DNA from: Eledone cirrhosa
Lineage: Eukaryota
Direction of reading: 5' to 3'
NCBI GenBank assembly: GCA_964016885.1
Contig: OZ024741.1
Span: 253,890,001 to 253,954,000 of the forward strand
Length of the DNA: 64,000 bases
A program made the position numbers and the translations under genes. Positions 48,816 through 60,800 of this stretch are shown here, one piece after another. Within the stretch, counting starts at the first letter, position 1. Every line of letters begins with the position of its first letter. The notes beneath the pieces are model-generated. The model was not told the DNA's origin, made no database searches, and worked only from the letters and a program-made list of their open reading frames with translations.

Positions 48816-51800
48816 TTTCTTTATTAGCCACAGGGGCACAAAAGAAGGGGACAAATACAAAGGGGGAAGTTTACATACAATAAAAACGTGTAAAATGTTA
48901 TCACAGATGGAATTTAAAAGTTAGTCGATTTTCCCCAATAGAGGGAGACAGTTTATATGGGTAACACAGACCCCCGAAAAAAATGTGCAACCCTCATCTC
49001 CAGGAGTACGAAGAGCTTGTACTCCTTTCCTCTCCTCCTCCTTTTCCTCAACCTACAGGCTGATATAGAGAGAAGGCCCATTCACTCGGGCCATTCTCGC
49101 CACTTTCACCCACCTTTCATAAAACTTGCTGGGGTACAGCACCTCTCTCTCCATCCTGATTCTTCTTCCAAAGTGGTATTTGAAAAAAAGAATCAGTTGT
49201 TGGCCGGAGAGAAAGGTGTCTGACCTCAGCCCTTTCAACCTTGTCCACCATACAACCTCTTTCGCCATAGCTATCACACAAAGGAAAACCGCCTCTCCTT
49301 CGTTTTTGAAGGAGGGTGGCGGTTTGATCATGACAATGGACTCGGTGGTCAACTGGATTGGTCCCACCCGCGACAATAGTCGTTCTACATAGCCCCACAG
49401 GTCAGTGACGCCCGGGCAGTGTATGAATGCGTGCGCGACGGTTTCTTCGTCTCGCACGCACCTCGGACAGATCTTTTTTGCAGGGTCCCTGCCCGGGCGC
49501 CCATGTCTGTAGAGCTTGTCTCGAACTGGTAGAGCTCCTCGGTAGCACTGCCAGGCCAGGGACTTTTGGAAGTTGTCCATCGGTCCCGGGCGGAAGGTCC
49601 TACCGAACAGACTGGCCAGTTCATCTTCCTCCACGCCTAGAGTTTCACCGAGCGCGTCGTCGCACTTGCTGCGGACCAACCCTCTATAGAATGACGAAGT
49701 GGAGTCTCCACTGATCGCCGGGTCCGCCTGCCAGAGGGCTGTGAGCGCCTGAGCACATTCGATGTGCCAGTCGCCCATTTTCCTCGGTCTCTGCTTGACC
49801 CAGGACTGCAGCTCGGTCAGCGAGACGAGTCGTGGGAAGGCTCGCCTCACGAACGGGGCCCACACCGGTTGTCCGGTGAGGAATACGTAGAGATGCCGCA
49901 GCCTGAGCGCGTGTTTGCGCATCGTCAACCACGGCATCCCCAGCCCTCCGTTAGAAGGGTGTTGGCAGCAGATGGATCTTCTTACCAAAGGAGCCCGCCT
50001 CTTCCAAAGGAATCGGAAGAGGGCGCGCTCCATTTTGGCGAGCGTTTTGGCTGGACAAGGCACGACGGTCAAGCGGTAGTAGATGGCGGACGCTATAAAA
50101 GTGTTCGCCACCTCCGCTCGACCTTTCAAGGATAGTTTGCACTCGGCCCACTTCTGGGTGAGTGCAAACACCTTGGCCGTCACTTCGTTCCAGTTCTTCT
50201 CCACCTGGAGGTCCGGACCAAACCAGACCCCGAGCAGCTTTACCGGTCCTTCCGTCCAGCGTCCGACGACGCCATCGGAAGGCATCGGTCTGCCTCTCCA
50301 CGATCCGAGTTGCAAACCGATGGACTTGTCCCGGTTCAGCTTCGCTCCTGTGAGACTTTCGTATTCCTTTAGTAAGGTGCCGACTTCCTCGATTTGCGAG
50401 GCGCTCGACACCATTACTGTCACGTCGTCGGCGTAGGCCGACGCCGCTTTCCGCAGTCCCGGTTCCAGAGGGATGCCCTGCAATAGCTCCAGCTTCCGCA
50501 GTAGTGGCTCGAGAGTCAGTACGTACAGAAGGGAGGAGAGAGGGCATCCCTGTCGAATGGATCGCGTAATATGGAACGGCTCCGAGAGGTAACCGTTCAC
50601 CTTGACCCTTGAGCAGATGTTGCTGTTGTGCATTGCAGCAATCCAGCCCCTGAACACGGGTCCGAAGCCTGCCGCCTCGAGCACCGCATCCAGGTAACGA
50701 TGGTCAACCCTATCGAAAGCCTTAGACTGATCCAAGTTGATCAGGGCCCCACCGAAGCCGGGTTTACACCCTACCCTCTCTATGATGTATCGCATGAGGT
50801 GGAGGTTGTCGTGTATGGACCTGGTCGGGATCGCGCATGTCTGCGCTTCTCCCACCAGGTTCTCGACGACAAGCGCCAGCCTCTTTGCCAACACCTTGGC
50901 CAAAATCTGTAACTCTGTGTTTAGCAGAGTTATGGGCCGGAAGTTGCCTATGTCATCCCCCTTATTCTCGTCCTTCCTGATTAGTGTGACCACGCCCCCG
51001 GTTACAGAACTGGGAATTCTCCCGTTCTGTTGCCAGTTGCAGTAGACCGCTTCCAGGAGACCGGAGAATAAGTCCGGCATTGCTACGTAAAATTCGTAGG
51101 GTAGACCGTCGAGACCTGGAGATTTGCGTTTGCCGCATTGGCTCAGCGCGTCCCCTATCTCAGTGGCTGAAATCGGCTTTTCGCAGAACTTCGCCTCGCT
51201 GTCCGAGAGTCGCGGTAGGCCGTCGAGGTATGGACCGAAATCCATAGCCTCTCCCGGCGCGCCGCTCCCCCCGAACAGCCGAGCAAAGTGCCGCTGAAAA
51301 GCTGCACACATCTGCTTCGGCTCACGTATCACGCGTCCGTTTTGGTCCTTCAAAGACCGAATCGTGGACTTGTTGCCACTTTTTGCCTCCGTCACTCGGG
51401 CCCAGCTAACAGCTTTGGCTCCCTCGTTTCCCAGAGCACGTATTTTGCTTCTGACAACGCAGCCCTCGTGCTTTGCGTCGAAGAACTGGTCCAAGGCCGT
51501 TCTCGTTGCTAGCACGCTGGCTACGTTGCCACTTCTAATTGCCTCTTCTACTTTATCTACCAGTTCCTTCTCGGTTCTATTTCTATCTAACGCTAATTCT
51601 TTACTAAAAACTATCGAGTCTAATCTAACTGCCCTCTTGAGAGAGTACCACCATCTGTTGTTGACAATGCCCCCTGTCAAGTGCTGTTTAACTAAAGTGC
51701 TAATCCGTCTACTGTAGGCTTTGCTTGTCGGTAACGACAAGTTCAGCTTCCAGTAGCCGGGTCCTTGTCTATGGGTTCTATCAAGGTTGGCCATGCAGGT

Positions 51801-52488
51801 CACTAGTTTGTGATCTGAATAGGCAACCATGAACATTTGTGGACAGCTTAACATGTCCCTATCCTTATTTCTAACTAGAACCCTATCTAGGTACGATCTA
51901 GATGTTCCGCTACGATTACTCCACGTCCACAGTGGCGCAGTCGGAAAATCTAGTCGATATCTATCGGCCAGGTCAAATCGGCCGATTAACTGTTTGAGGC
52001 TGTTACACCCCCCTTTATCGGGACATGCTCCCACATAGTCTCAACGTGCATCTATGATTCCATTCCAGTCCCCCACTAAAAGCAAGGAGCGGGACGTTCC
52101 CAGAAAAGTCTCTAGACGTTTGAAGAAGTCTGGCCGCGGTGTCCCGGATGGGGCATATGCGGCCACCAGCCTGAACGCTCCACCTTCACTACCGTCAACG
52201 TCTAGGACCACCAGTCGACCCTCCGGGTCCAGATGTACCGTCTGTGTTACGAGGCCCAGGTGTTTCCGCAGCAAAACGGCAACTCCGCCCCCACCCACCG
52301 GTTGACAGAGAGATGCGTAGATCTCAAAGTCATCGAAGATGGGGGCCAGCTGTCGCTCGCCGTGGATCCTGGACTCGCAAATGGCTACCACATCCAAACT
52401 GTGCGACCTGAGGTCGTTTAAGAGTTTGCCCTGTTTCCAGGGCATCCCCAGGCCGCGTACGTTCACACATCCAACTCTTATATTGGCC

Positions 52489-52490
<2 letters not shown>
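48816..52490 (-). mobile_element. Tx1 copy F (near-identical to C, truncated exactly at the ORF2 ATG)
   Basis: Matches copy C at an offset of ~12,017 bp with only scattered substitutions. 5' junction is GGCCAT|AGATAGATAG. Confidence 0.93.
49053..52490 (-). pseudogene. Copy F ORF2 with one premature TGA (52041-52043) in the endonuclease domain
   Basis: 3,438 bp and in frame throughout. Reads ..DAR*DYVGACP.. where copy E reads DARWDYAGACP. Confidence 0.9.
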
Positions 52491-52576
<86 letters not shown>

Positions 52577-52604
52577 GATGAGAGGGAGATGAATAGATAG
52601 GTAG

Positions 52605-52633
<29 letters not shown>
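52491..52633. repeat. (GATA)n followed by (TA)n microsatellites
   Basis: Direct reading. Confidence 0.95.
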
Positions 52634-52637
<4 letters not shown>

Positions 52638-53550
52638 CTGATTAATGTTCAGAGCCATCCTCACCATTCTCGTGTAGCAGCCATCCCCCATCTGAGTGAG
52701 TTTCTTGGTCAGTGTCCAAGTCTCAGACCCGTACAGCAGCACAGACTCCACTACAGCAACGAAGAGGCGGATCTTCAGGTCTTTACGAAGGTTTGACTTC
52801 CACACCGATCACAAGCTGTAGCACACCGCCCAGATTTGCTCTTCCTCTCGACCACATCATCCTCCGTATTCCCAATCTTTGCTCCCAAATACAGAAAGTC
52901 TTCAACCAATTCTAGCGGCTTCCCGCCTACATTAGTAATCTTCTCTGGCTTCTTAATATTCTCTACCAGATACTTCGTCTTAATCTCATTCATTCTTAGC
53001 CCCACACTCATCGACACAGTCTCCACCTCCTGCATCAAATCCTCTGCCCCCCCCCCCCCCTCCCTGTGTTTGTCAACAGAACTATGTGGTCAGCAAATTC
53101 AGCATCCGATATCTTTTTCGTCTTTGCTCTCCTGCTCTGCGTAGGTGATACAGTAAAGCCAGAGTCCCGGTGTTTCTCAAGGCGCATGCAATAGTCCACT
53201 GCGATGATAAAAAGGTAGGGAGCCAATGTATCTCTCTGGAGACATTAATCAGTATACACTGAGGATGAAGTACTCAGAGCTGTACGGGAGCCTCCCAAAG
53301 TCAGCTCGAAAGTGATACAAGGGAGACTGAGGTTAGCTGGACATGCTCACCGACATCCAGAATTGACACTGCATTCAGTGCTCCTGTGGGAGCCCCTGCA
53401 TGGACACACTGGAAGAGGTAGACCGAGGTAACATATGTTGATGCCCTAAGGACAGACACAGGTCTCTTGGAGACGCAGGACATGGCAGTGATAATGAGAG
53501 ACAGAGACCGCTGGAGATAACTCGGCCATGGATCTCGGAAATTTTACCCG

Positions 53551-53553
<3 letters not shown>
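52634..53553 (+). mobile_element. RTE-group LINE, 5'-truncated, with inverted 5' segment (52634-53241 minus, 53242-53553 plus), in (TA)n
   Basis: The minus part encodes LQRDTLAPYLFIIAVDY, EFADHIVLL and ESVLLYGSETWTLT..GCYTRMVRMALNINQY. The plus part continues INQYTLRMKYSELYGSLPKVSSKVIQGRLRLAGHAHRHPE..LLWEP..GRGRP. Confidence 0.85.
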
Positions 53554-53606
<53 letters not shown>

Positions 53607-53635
53607 ATAGATAGATAGAAAGATAGATAGATATG

Positions 53636-56600
53636 TTTCTTTATTAGCCACAGGGCACAAATGAAGGGGACAAATACAAAGCGGAAAGTTTACATACAAT
53701 AAAAACGTGTAAAATACTATCACAAATGCAATTTAAAAATCAATCGATTTTCCCCAATAGGGGGAGACATTACATATGGGTAACACATACCCCCCCAAAA
53801 ATGTGCAACCCTCATCTCCTGGAGTACGAAGAGTGAATACCCCTTTCCTCTCTTCCTCTTTTTCCTCAACCTACAGGCTGATATAGAGAGAAGGCCCATT
53901 TACTCGGGCCATTCTCGCCACTTTCACCCACCTTTCATAAAACTTGCTGGGGTACAGCACCTCTCTTCCATCCTGATTCTTCTTCTAAAGTGGTATTTGA
54001 AAAAAAGAATCAGTTGTTGGCCGGTGAGAAAGGTGTCTGAACCCAGCCCTTTTAACCTCGTCCACCATACAACCTCTTTCACCATAGCTATCACACAAAG
54101 GAAAACCTCCTCTCCTTCGTTTTTGAAGGAGGGTGGCGGTTTTATCATGACAATGGAATCGGTGGTCAACCTGATTGGTCCCACCCGCGACAATAGTCTT
54201 TCTACATAGCCCCACAGGTCGGTAACGCCCGGGCAGTGTACGAATGCGTGCGCGACGATTTCTTCGTCTCGCACGCATCTGGGACAGATATTTTTCGAAG
54301 GGTCCCTGCCCGGGCGCCCGTGTCTGTAGAGCTTGTCTCGAACTGGTAGAGATCCTCGGTAGCACTGCCAGGCCAGGGACTTTTGGAAGTTGTCCATCGG
54401 TCCCGGGCGGAAGGTCCTACCGAACAGACTGGCCAGTTCTTCTTCCTCTACGCCTAGAGTTTCTCTGAGCGTGACGTCGTCGCACTTGCTGCGGATCAAC
54501 CCTCTATAGAATGACGAAGTGGAGTCTCCACTGGTCGCCGGGTCCGCCTGCCAGAGGGCTGTGAGCGCATTCGATGTGCCAGTCGCCCATTTTCCTCGGT
54601 CTTTGCTTGACCCAGGACTGCAGCTCGGTCAGCGAGACGAGTCGTGGGAAGGCTCGCCTCACGAACGGGACCCACACCGGTTGTCCGGTGAGGAATACGT
54701 GGAGGTGCCGCAGCCTGAGCATATGTTTGCACATCGTCAGCCACGGCATCGCCAGGCCTCCGTTGGAAGGGTGTTGTCAGCAGATGGATCTTGTCCACCT
54801 GGAGGTCCGGACCAAACCAGACCCCGAGCAGCTTCACCGGTCCTTCCGTCCAGCGTCCGACGACGCCATCGGAAGGCATCGGTTTCCTTCTCCACGATCC
54901 GACTTGTCCCGGTTCAGCTTCGCTCCTGTGAACCTTTCGTATTCCTTCAGTAAGTTGCCGACTTCCTCGATTTGCAAGGTGCTCGACACCATCACTGTCA
55001 TGTCGTCGGTGTAGGCCGACGCCGCTTTCCGAAGTCCCGATTCCAGAGGGATGCCCTGCAATAGCTCCAGCTTCCGCAGTAGTAGCTCGATAGTCAGTAC
55101 GTACAGAAGGGAGGAGAGAGGGCATCCCTGTCGGATGGATCGCGTGATATGGAACGGCTCCGAGATGGAGCTGTTCACCTTGACCCTTGAGCAGATATTT
55201 CTGCTGTGCATTGCAGCAATCCAGCCCCTGAACACGGGTCCGAAGCCTGACGCTTCGAACACCGCATCCAGGTAACGATGGTCAACCCTATCGAAAGCCT
55301 TTGACTGATCCAAGTTGATCAGGGCCCCACCGAATCCAGGTTTACACCCTACCCTCTGTATCGCATGAGGTGGAGGTTGTCGTGTATGGACCTGGTCCGG
55401 ATTGCACATGTCTGCGCTTTTCCCACCAGGTTTTCGTCAAGCGCCAGCCTCTTTGCCAACACCTTGGCCAAAATCTGTAACTCTGTGTTTAGCAGAGTTA
55501 TGGGCCGGAAATTGCCTATGTCAACCCCATTATTCTCGTCCTTCCTGACTAGCGTGACTAGGCCTTTGGTCATAGAATTGGGAATTCTCCCGTTCTGCTG
55601 CCAGTTGCAGTAGACCGCTTCCAGGAGAACAGAGAACAAGTCCGGCATTGCTACATATAATTCGTAGGGTAGACCGTTGAGACCTGGAGATTTTCGTTTG
55701 CAGCATTGGCTCAGCGCGTCTCCTATCTCAGCAGCCGAAATCGGCCTTTCACAGAACTTGGCCTCGCTGTCCGAGAGTCGCAGCAGGCCGTCGAGGTATG
55801 GACCGAAATCCATAGCCCCTCCTGGCGCGCCACCCTTCCCGAACAGTTGAGCAAAGTGCCGCTGAAAGGCCGTGCACATCTGCTTCGGCTCACGTATCAC
55901 GCGTCCATCTTGGTCCTTCAAAGACCGAACCATGGACTTGTTGCCATTTTTCGCCTCCGTCACTTGGGCCCACCTAACAGCTTTGGCTCCCTCGTTACCC
56001 AGAGCACGTATTTTGCTTCTGACAACGCAGCCCTCGTGCTTTGCGTCGAAGAACTGGTCCAGTGCCGTTCTCGTTGGTTGTTCTACGTTGCCACTTCTAA
56101 TTGCCTCTTCTACTTTATCTACCAGTTCCTTCTCGGTCCTATTTCTAACTAACGCTAATTCTTTACTAAAAACTAACGAGTCTAATCTAACTGCCCTCTT
56201 GAGAGAGTACCACCATCTGTTATTGACGATGGCCCTTGTCAAGTGCTGTTTAACTAAAGTGCTAATCCGTCTAATGTAGGCTTTGCATGTTGGTAATGAC
56301 AAGTTCATCTTCCAGTAGCGGGGTCCCTGTCTATGGGCTCTATCAAGGTTGACTATGCAGGTCACTAGTTTGTGATCTGAATAGGCAACCATGAACATTT
56401 GTGGACAGCTTAACATGTCCCTATCCTTATATCTAACTAGAACCCTATCTAGTTACGATCTAGATGTTCCGCTGCGATTATTCCACGTCCACAGTGGCAC
56501 AGTCGGAGAATCTAGTCGATATCTATCGGCCAGGTCAAATCGGCCGATTAACTGTTTGAGGTTGTTACACCCCCCCCCCCTTCATCGGGACATGCTCCCA

Positions 56601-57041
56601 CATAGTCCCAACGTACATCTATGATTCCATTCCAGTCCCCCCACTAAAAGCAAGGAGCGGGACGTTCCCAGAAAAGTTTCTAGACGTTTGAAGAAGTCTG
56701 GCCGCGGAGTCCCGGCTGTCGCTCACTGTGGATCCTGGACTCGCACTGGCAATTACATCCAAACTGTGCGACCTGAGGTCGTTTAAGAGTTTGCCGTTTC
56801 CAGGTCATCCCCAGGCCGCGCACATTCACACAACCATGTCGGCGAGGAAGAGTTGAAAAAGAAAAGGAAGAGTACACTCACCTTTTCCTTTCCTGGAGAG
56901 CGGGTCGCTCAAGTTCCATGGGGGTGTTGGAGAGGTTGTCTGGGTGGGTGGTGGTTTCCGGCGGAGTGGGGACGGAGATGTTGGTGGGGAGGGGGTGTCT
57001 GGTGGGATGGGGTGTCTGGGGTGGGGAGACATTTGAGTAGA
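53636..57041 (-). mobile_element. Tx1 copy G (C/F-like subfamily, decayed, internal deletions, truncated near the end of ORF1)
   Basis: Frameshifted ORF2 pieces over 53924-56416, deletions near 54792 and 56713, 3' UTR similar to C/F, and GATA at both junctions. Confidence 0.9.
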
Positions 57042-57119
57042 GGATAGATAGATAGACAGATAGATAGATAGATAGTTAGGTGGATATATATATATAGATA
57101 GATAGATAGGGAGCGAGGG

Positions 57120-57182
<63 letters not shown>

Positions 57183-57282
57183 GATAGATATATATATATA
57201 TAGATAGATGGGTTGATTGATCGATTGTTTGTTCGATTGATTGATTAATTGATTGATTGATAGGAAGGTGGATAGATAGATT
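57042..57282. repeat. (GATA)n, (GA)n, (GATT)n microsatellite cluster forming the right flank of the Tx1 array
   Basis: Direct reading. Confidence 0.92.
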
Positions 57283-57501
57283 TCTAAATGTGTCTGTGAA
57301 TATATGTGTGTATTTGAATGTGAGTATGTATGTGTAAATGTGTATGTGCTAAGCTCTTGTGTGATTATTTAATTGCTACTGTAGATACAAGCATCTAGCC
57401 ATACATCTGTATAATTACATTAATCTATAATAGCACTCCCTCTCCCTCCTACTACTACTACTACCTCACTTTCATCTCCCTTCCATTTCCACGACCGCCT
57501 C

Positions 57502-57772
57502 TCTCCGCTCTCTGTCTTACCCCATTCCCGACACGCCTCCCCTCTCTGTCTTACCCCATTCCCGACACGACTCCCCTCTCTGTCTAACCCCATTCCCGAC
57601 ACGCCTCTCCTCCCTGTCTTACCCCATTCCCGACACGCCTCCCCTCCCTGTTTTACCCCATTCCCGACACGCCTCCCCTCCCTGTTTTACCCCATTCCCG
57701 ACACGCCTCCCCTCCCTGTTTTACCCCATTCCCGACACGCCTCCCCTCCCTGTTTTACCCCATTCCCGACAC
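57502..57772. repeat. 34-bp minisatellite, 8 copies (CCTCCCCTCCCTGTTTTACCCCATTCCCGACACG)
   Basis: CCCGACAC recurs every 34 bp from ~57534 to 57772. Confidence 0.92.
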
Positions 57773-57847
57773 TCTTCAATACACTATAATGTTTTCTGGC
57801 TACTTCAACTTTATGATAACAGTAATGATATTAATGATGATGATGAT

Positions 57848-60800
57848 GTTGTTGGTGGTGTTGGTGGTGGTGGTGGTGGTGGTGGTGGTGGTGGTGGTGG
57901 TGGTGGTAGTGGTGGTGGTGGTGGTAGTGGTGATGGTGGTGGTGGTGTGGTAGTGGTGGTGTTGGTTATGGTACTGGTGGTGGTGGTGGTAGTGGTGGTG
58001 CTGGTGAAAGTAGTGGTGCTGGTGGTACTAGTAGTGGTGGTACTGGTGGTGGTAATAGAGGTTGTGGTGGTACTGGTGGTGGTGGTAGTAGTGGTGGTGA
58101 TGGTGGTCGTCGTCGTCGTGGTTGTGGTGGTGGTTGTAGTGATGGTGGTGGTCGTGGTGGTGGTTGTGGTTGTGGTACTGGTGGCGGTGGTGGTAGTGGT
58201 GGTGGTGCTACTGGTGGGGTAGTTGTGGTAGTTGTGATGGTACTGGTGTTGCTGGAGGTGTTAGTGGCCACGGTGGCGAAGGTGGTGGTGACGAATGCTG
58301 GTGCTGGGGTTGTGGTGGTGGTGATGGTGGTGACGGTGCTGTGGTAGTGGTGGTGGTTAAGTTGCAGAGGGGGGGAGTGGTAGTGGCAGATGTGGGGATG
58401 ACAGTGAAGCAGTGATGATGGTGATTGTCGTGTCAGTGGTGTTTGTGGGGGTGTTGGTGGTGGTAGTGGTTGTGGTAATGGTGGTGGTAGTAGTGGTTGG
58501 TGTTGTTGTGGTGTGTAGTGGTGATGGTGGTGTTGTGGTGTGTAGTGTTGGTGGTGGTGGTGTTGTGGTGTGTAGTGGTGGTGGTGTTGTGGTGTGTAGT
58601 GGTGGTGGTGGTGGTGGTGGTGGTGTGGTGTGTAGTGGTGATGGTGGTGTTGTTGTGGTGTGTAATGGTGATGGTGGTGTTGTGGTGTGTAGTATTGGTG
58701 GTGGTGGTGTTGTGGTGTGTAGTGGTGGTGGTGGTGGTGTTGTGGTGTGTAGTGGTGGTGGTGGTGGTGGTGTGGTGTGTAGTGGTGTTGGTGGTGATGT
58801 TGTGGTGTGTAGTGTTGGTGGTGGTGGTGTTGTGGTGTGTAGTAGTGGTGGTGGTGGTGTTGTGGTGTGTATAGATGGTGGTGGTGGTGTTGTGGTGTGT
58901 AGTGGTGGTGGTGGTGGTGTTGTGGTATGTAGTGGTGGTGGTGGTGGTGTTGTGGTGTGTAGTGGTGGTGGTGGTGTTGTGGTGTGTAGTGGTGATGGTG
59001 GTGTTGTGGTGTGTAGTGATGGTGGTGGTGGTGTTGTTGTGGTGTGTAGTGATGGTGGTGGTGGTGTTGTTGTGGTGTGTAGTGGTGATGGTGGTGTCGT
59101 GGTGTGTAGTGTTGGTGGTGGTGGTGTTGTGGTGTGTAGTGGTGGTGGTGGTGTTGCGGTGTGTAGTGTTGGTGGTGGTGGTGTTGTGGTGTGTAGTGGT
59201 GGTGGTGGTGGTGGTTGTGGTGTGTAGTGTTGGTGTTGGTGGTGTTGTGGTGTGTAGTGGTGGTGGAGTTGTGGTGTGTATGGTGGTGGTGTTGTGGTGT
59301 GTAGTGATGGTGGTGGTGGTGTTGTGGTGTGTAGTGGTGGTGGTGGTGGAGTTGTGGTGTGTAGTGGTGGTGGTGGTGGTGGTTGTGCTGTGTAGTGTTG
59401 GTGGTAGTGGTGTTGTGGTGTGTAGTGGTGGTGGTGGTGGTGGTGGTGTTGTGGTGTGTAGTGGTGATGGTGGTGTCGTGGTGTGTAGTGTTGGTGGTGG
59501 TGGTGTTGTGGCGTGTAGTGGTGGTGGTGGTGGTGGTGTTGCGGTGTGTAATGTTGGTGGTGGTGGTGTTGTGGTGTGTAGTGGTGGTGGTGGTTGTGGT
59601 GTGTAGTGTTGGTGTTGGTGGTGTTGTGGTGTGTAGTGGTGGTGGTGGTGGCGTTGTGGTGTGTAGTGGTGATGGTGGTGTTGTGGTGTGTAGTGTTGGT
59701 GGTGGTGGTGTTGTGGTGTGTAGTGGTGGTGGTGGTGGTGGTGGTGTGTAGTGTTGGTGGTGGTGGTGTTGTAGTGTGTAGTGGTGGTGGTGGTGTTTTG
59801 GTGTGTAGTGGTGGTGGTGGTGGTGGTTGTGCTGTGTAGTGTTGGTGGTAGTGGTGTTGTGGTGTGTAGTGGTGGTGGTGGTGATGGTGTTGTGGTGTGT
59901 AGTGGTGATGGTGGTGTCGTGGTGTGTAGTGTTGGTGGTGGTGGTGTTGTGGTGTGTAGTGGTGGTGGTGGTGGTGTTGCGGTGTGTAGTGTTGGTGGTG
60001 GTGGTGTTGTGGTGTGTAGTGGTGGTGGTGGTGGTGGTTGTGGTGTGTAGTGTTGGTGTTGGTGGTGTTGTGGTGTGTAGTGGTGGTGGTGGTGGCGTTG
60101 TGGTGTGTAGTGGTGATGGTGGTGTTGTGGTGTGTAGTGTTGGTGGTGGTGGTGTTGTGGTGTGTAGTGGTGGGGGTAGTGGTGGTGGTGTGGTGTGTAG
60201 TGTTGGTGGTGGTGGTGTTGTGGTGTGTAGTGGTGGTGGTGGTGTTTTGGTGTGTAGTGGTGGTGGTGGTGGTGGTTGTGCTGTGTAGTGTTGGTGGTAG
60301 TGGTGTTGTGGTGTGTAGTGGTGGTGGTGGTGTTGTGGTGTGTAGTGGTGATGGTAGTGTCGTGGTGTGTAGTGTTGGTGGTGGTGGTGTTGTGGTGTGT
60401 AGTGGTGGTGGTGGTGGTGTTGCGGTGTGTAGTGTTGGTGGTGGTGGTGTTGTGGTGTGTAGTGGTGGTGGTGGTGGTGGTTGTGGTGTGCAGTGTTGGT
60501 GTTGGTGGTGTTGTGGTGTGTAGTGGTGGTGGTGGTGGCGTTGTGGTGTGTAGTGGTGATGGTGGTGTTGTGGTGTGTAGTGATGGTGGTGGTGGTGTTG
60601 TTGTGGTGTGTAGTGATGGTGGTGGTGGTGTTGTTGTGGTGTGTAGTGGTGAAGGTGGTGTCGTGGTGTGTAGTGTTGGTGGTGGTGGTGTTGTGGTGTG
60701 TAGTGGTGGTGGTGGTGTTGCGGTGTGTAGTGTTGGTGGTGGTGGTGTTGTGGTGTGTAGTGGTGGTGGTGGTGGTGGTTGTGTTGTGTAGTGTTGGTGT

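Noticed and set aside
52041-52805. 254-aa ORF as a real chimeric gene
   Set aside because: It is a chance in-frame join of an RTE fragment, (TA)n/(TCTA)n microsatellite and the Tx1 EN start, ending at a premature stop.
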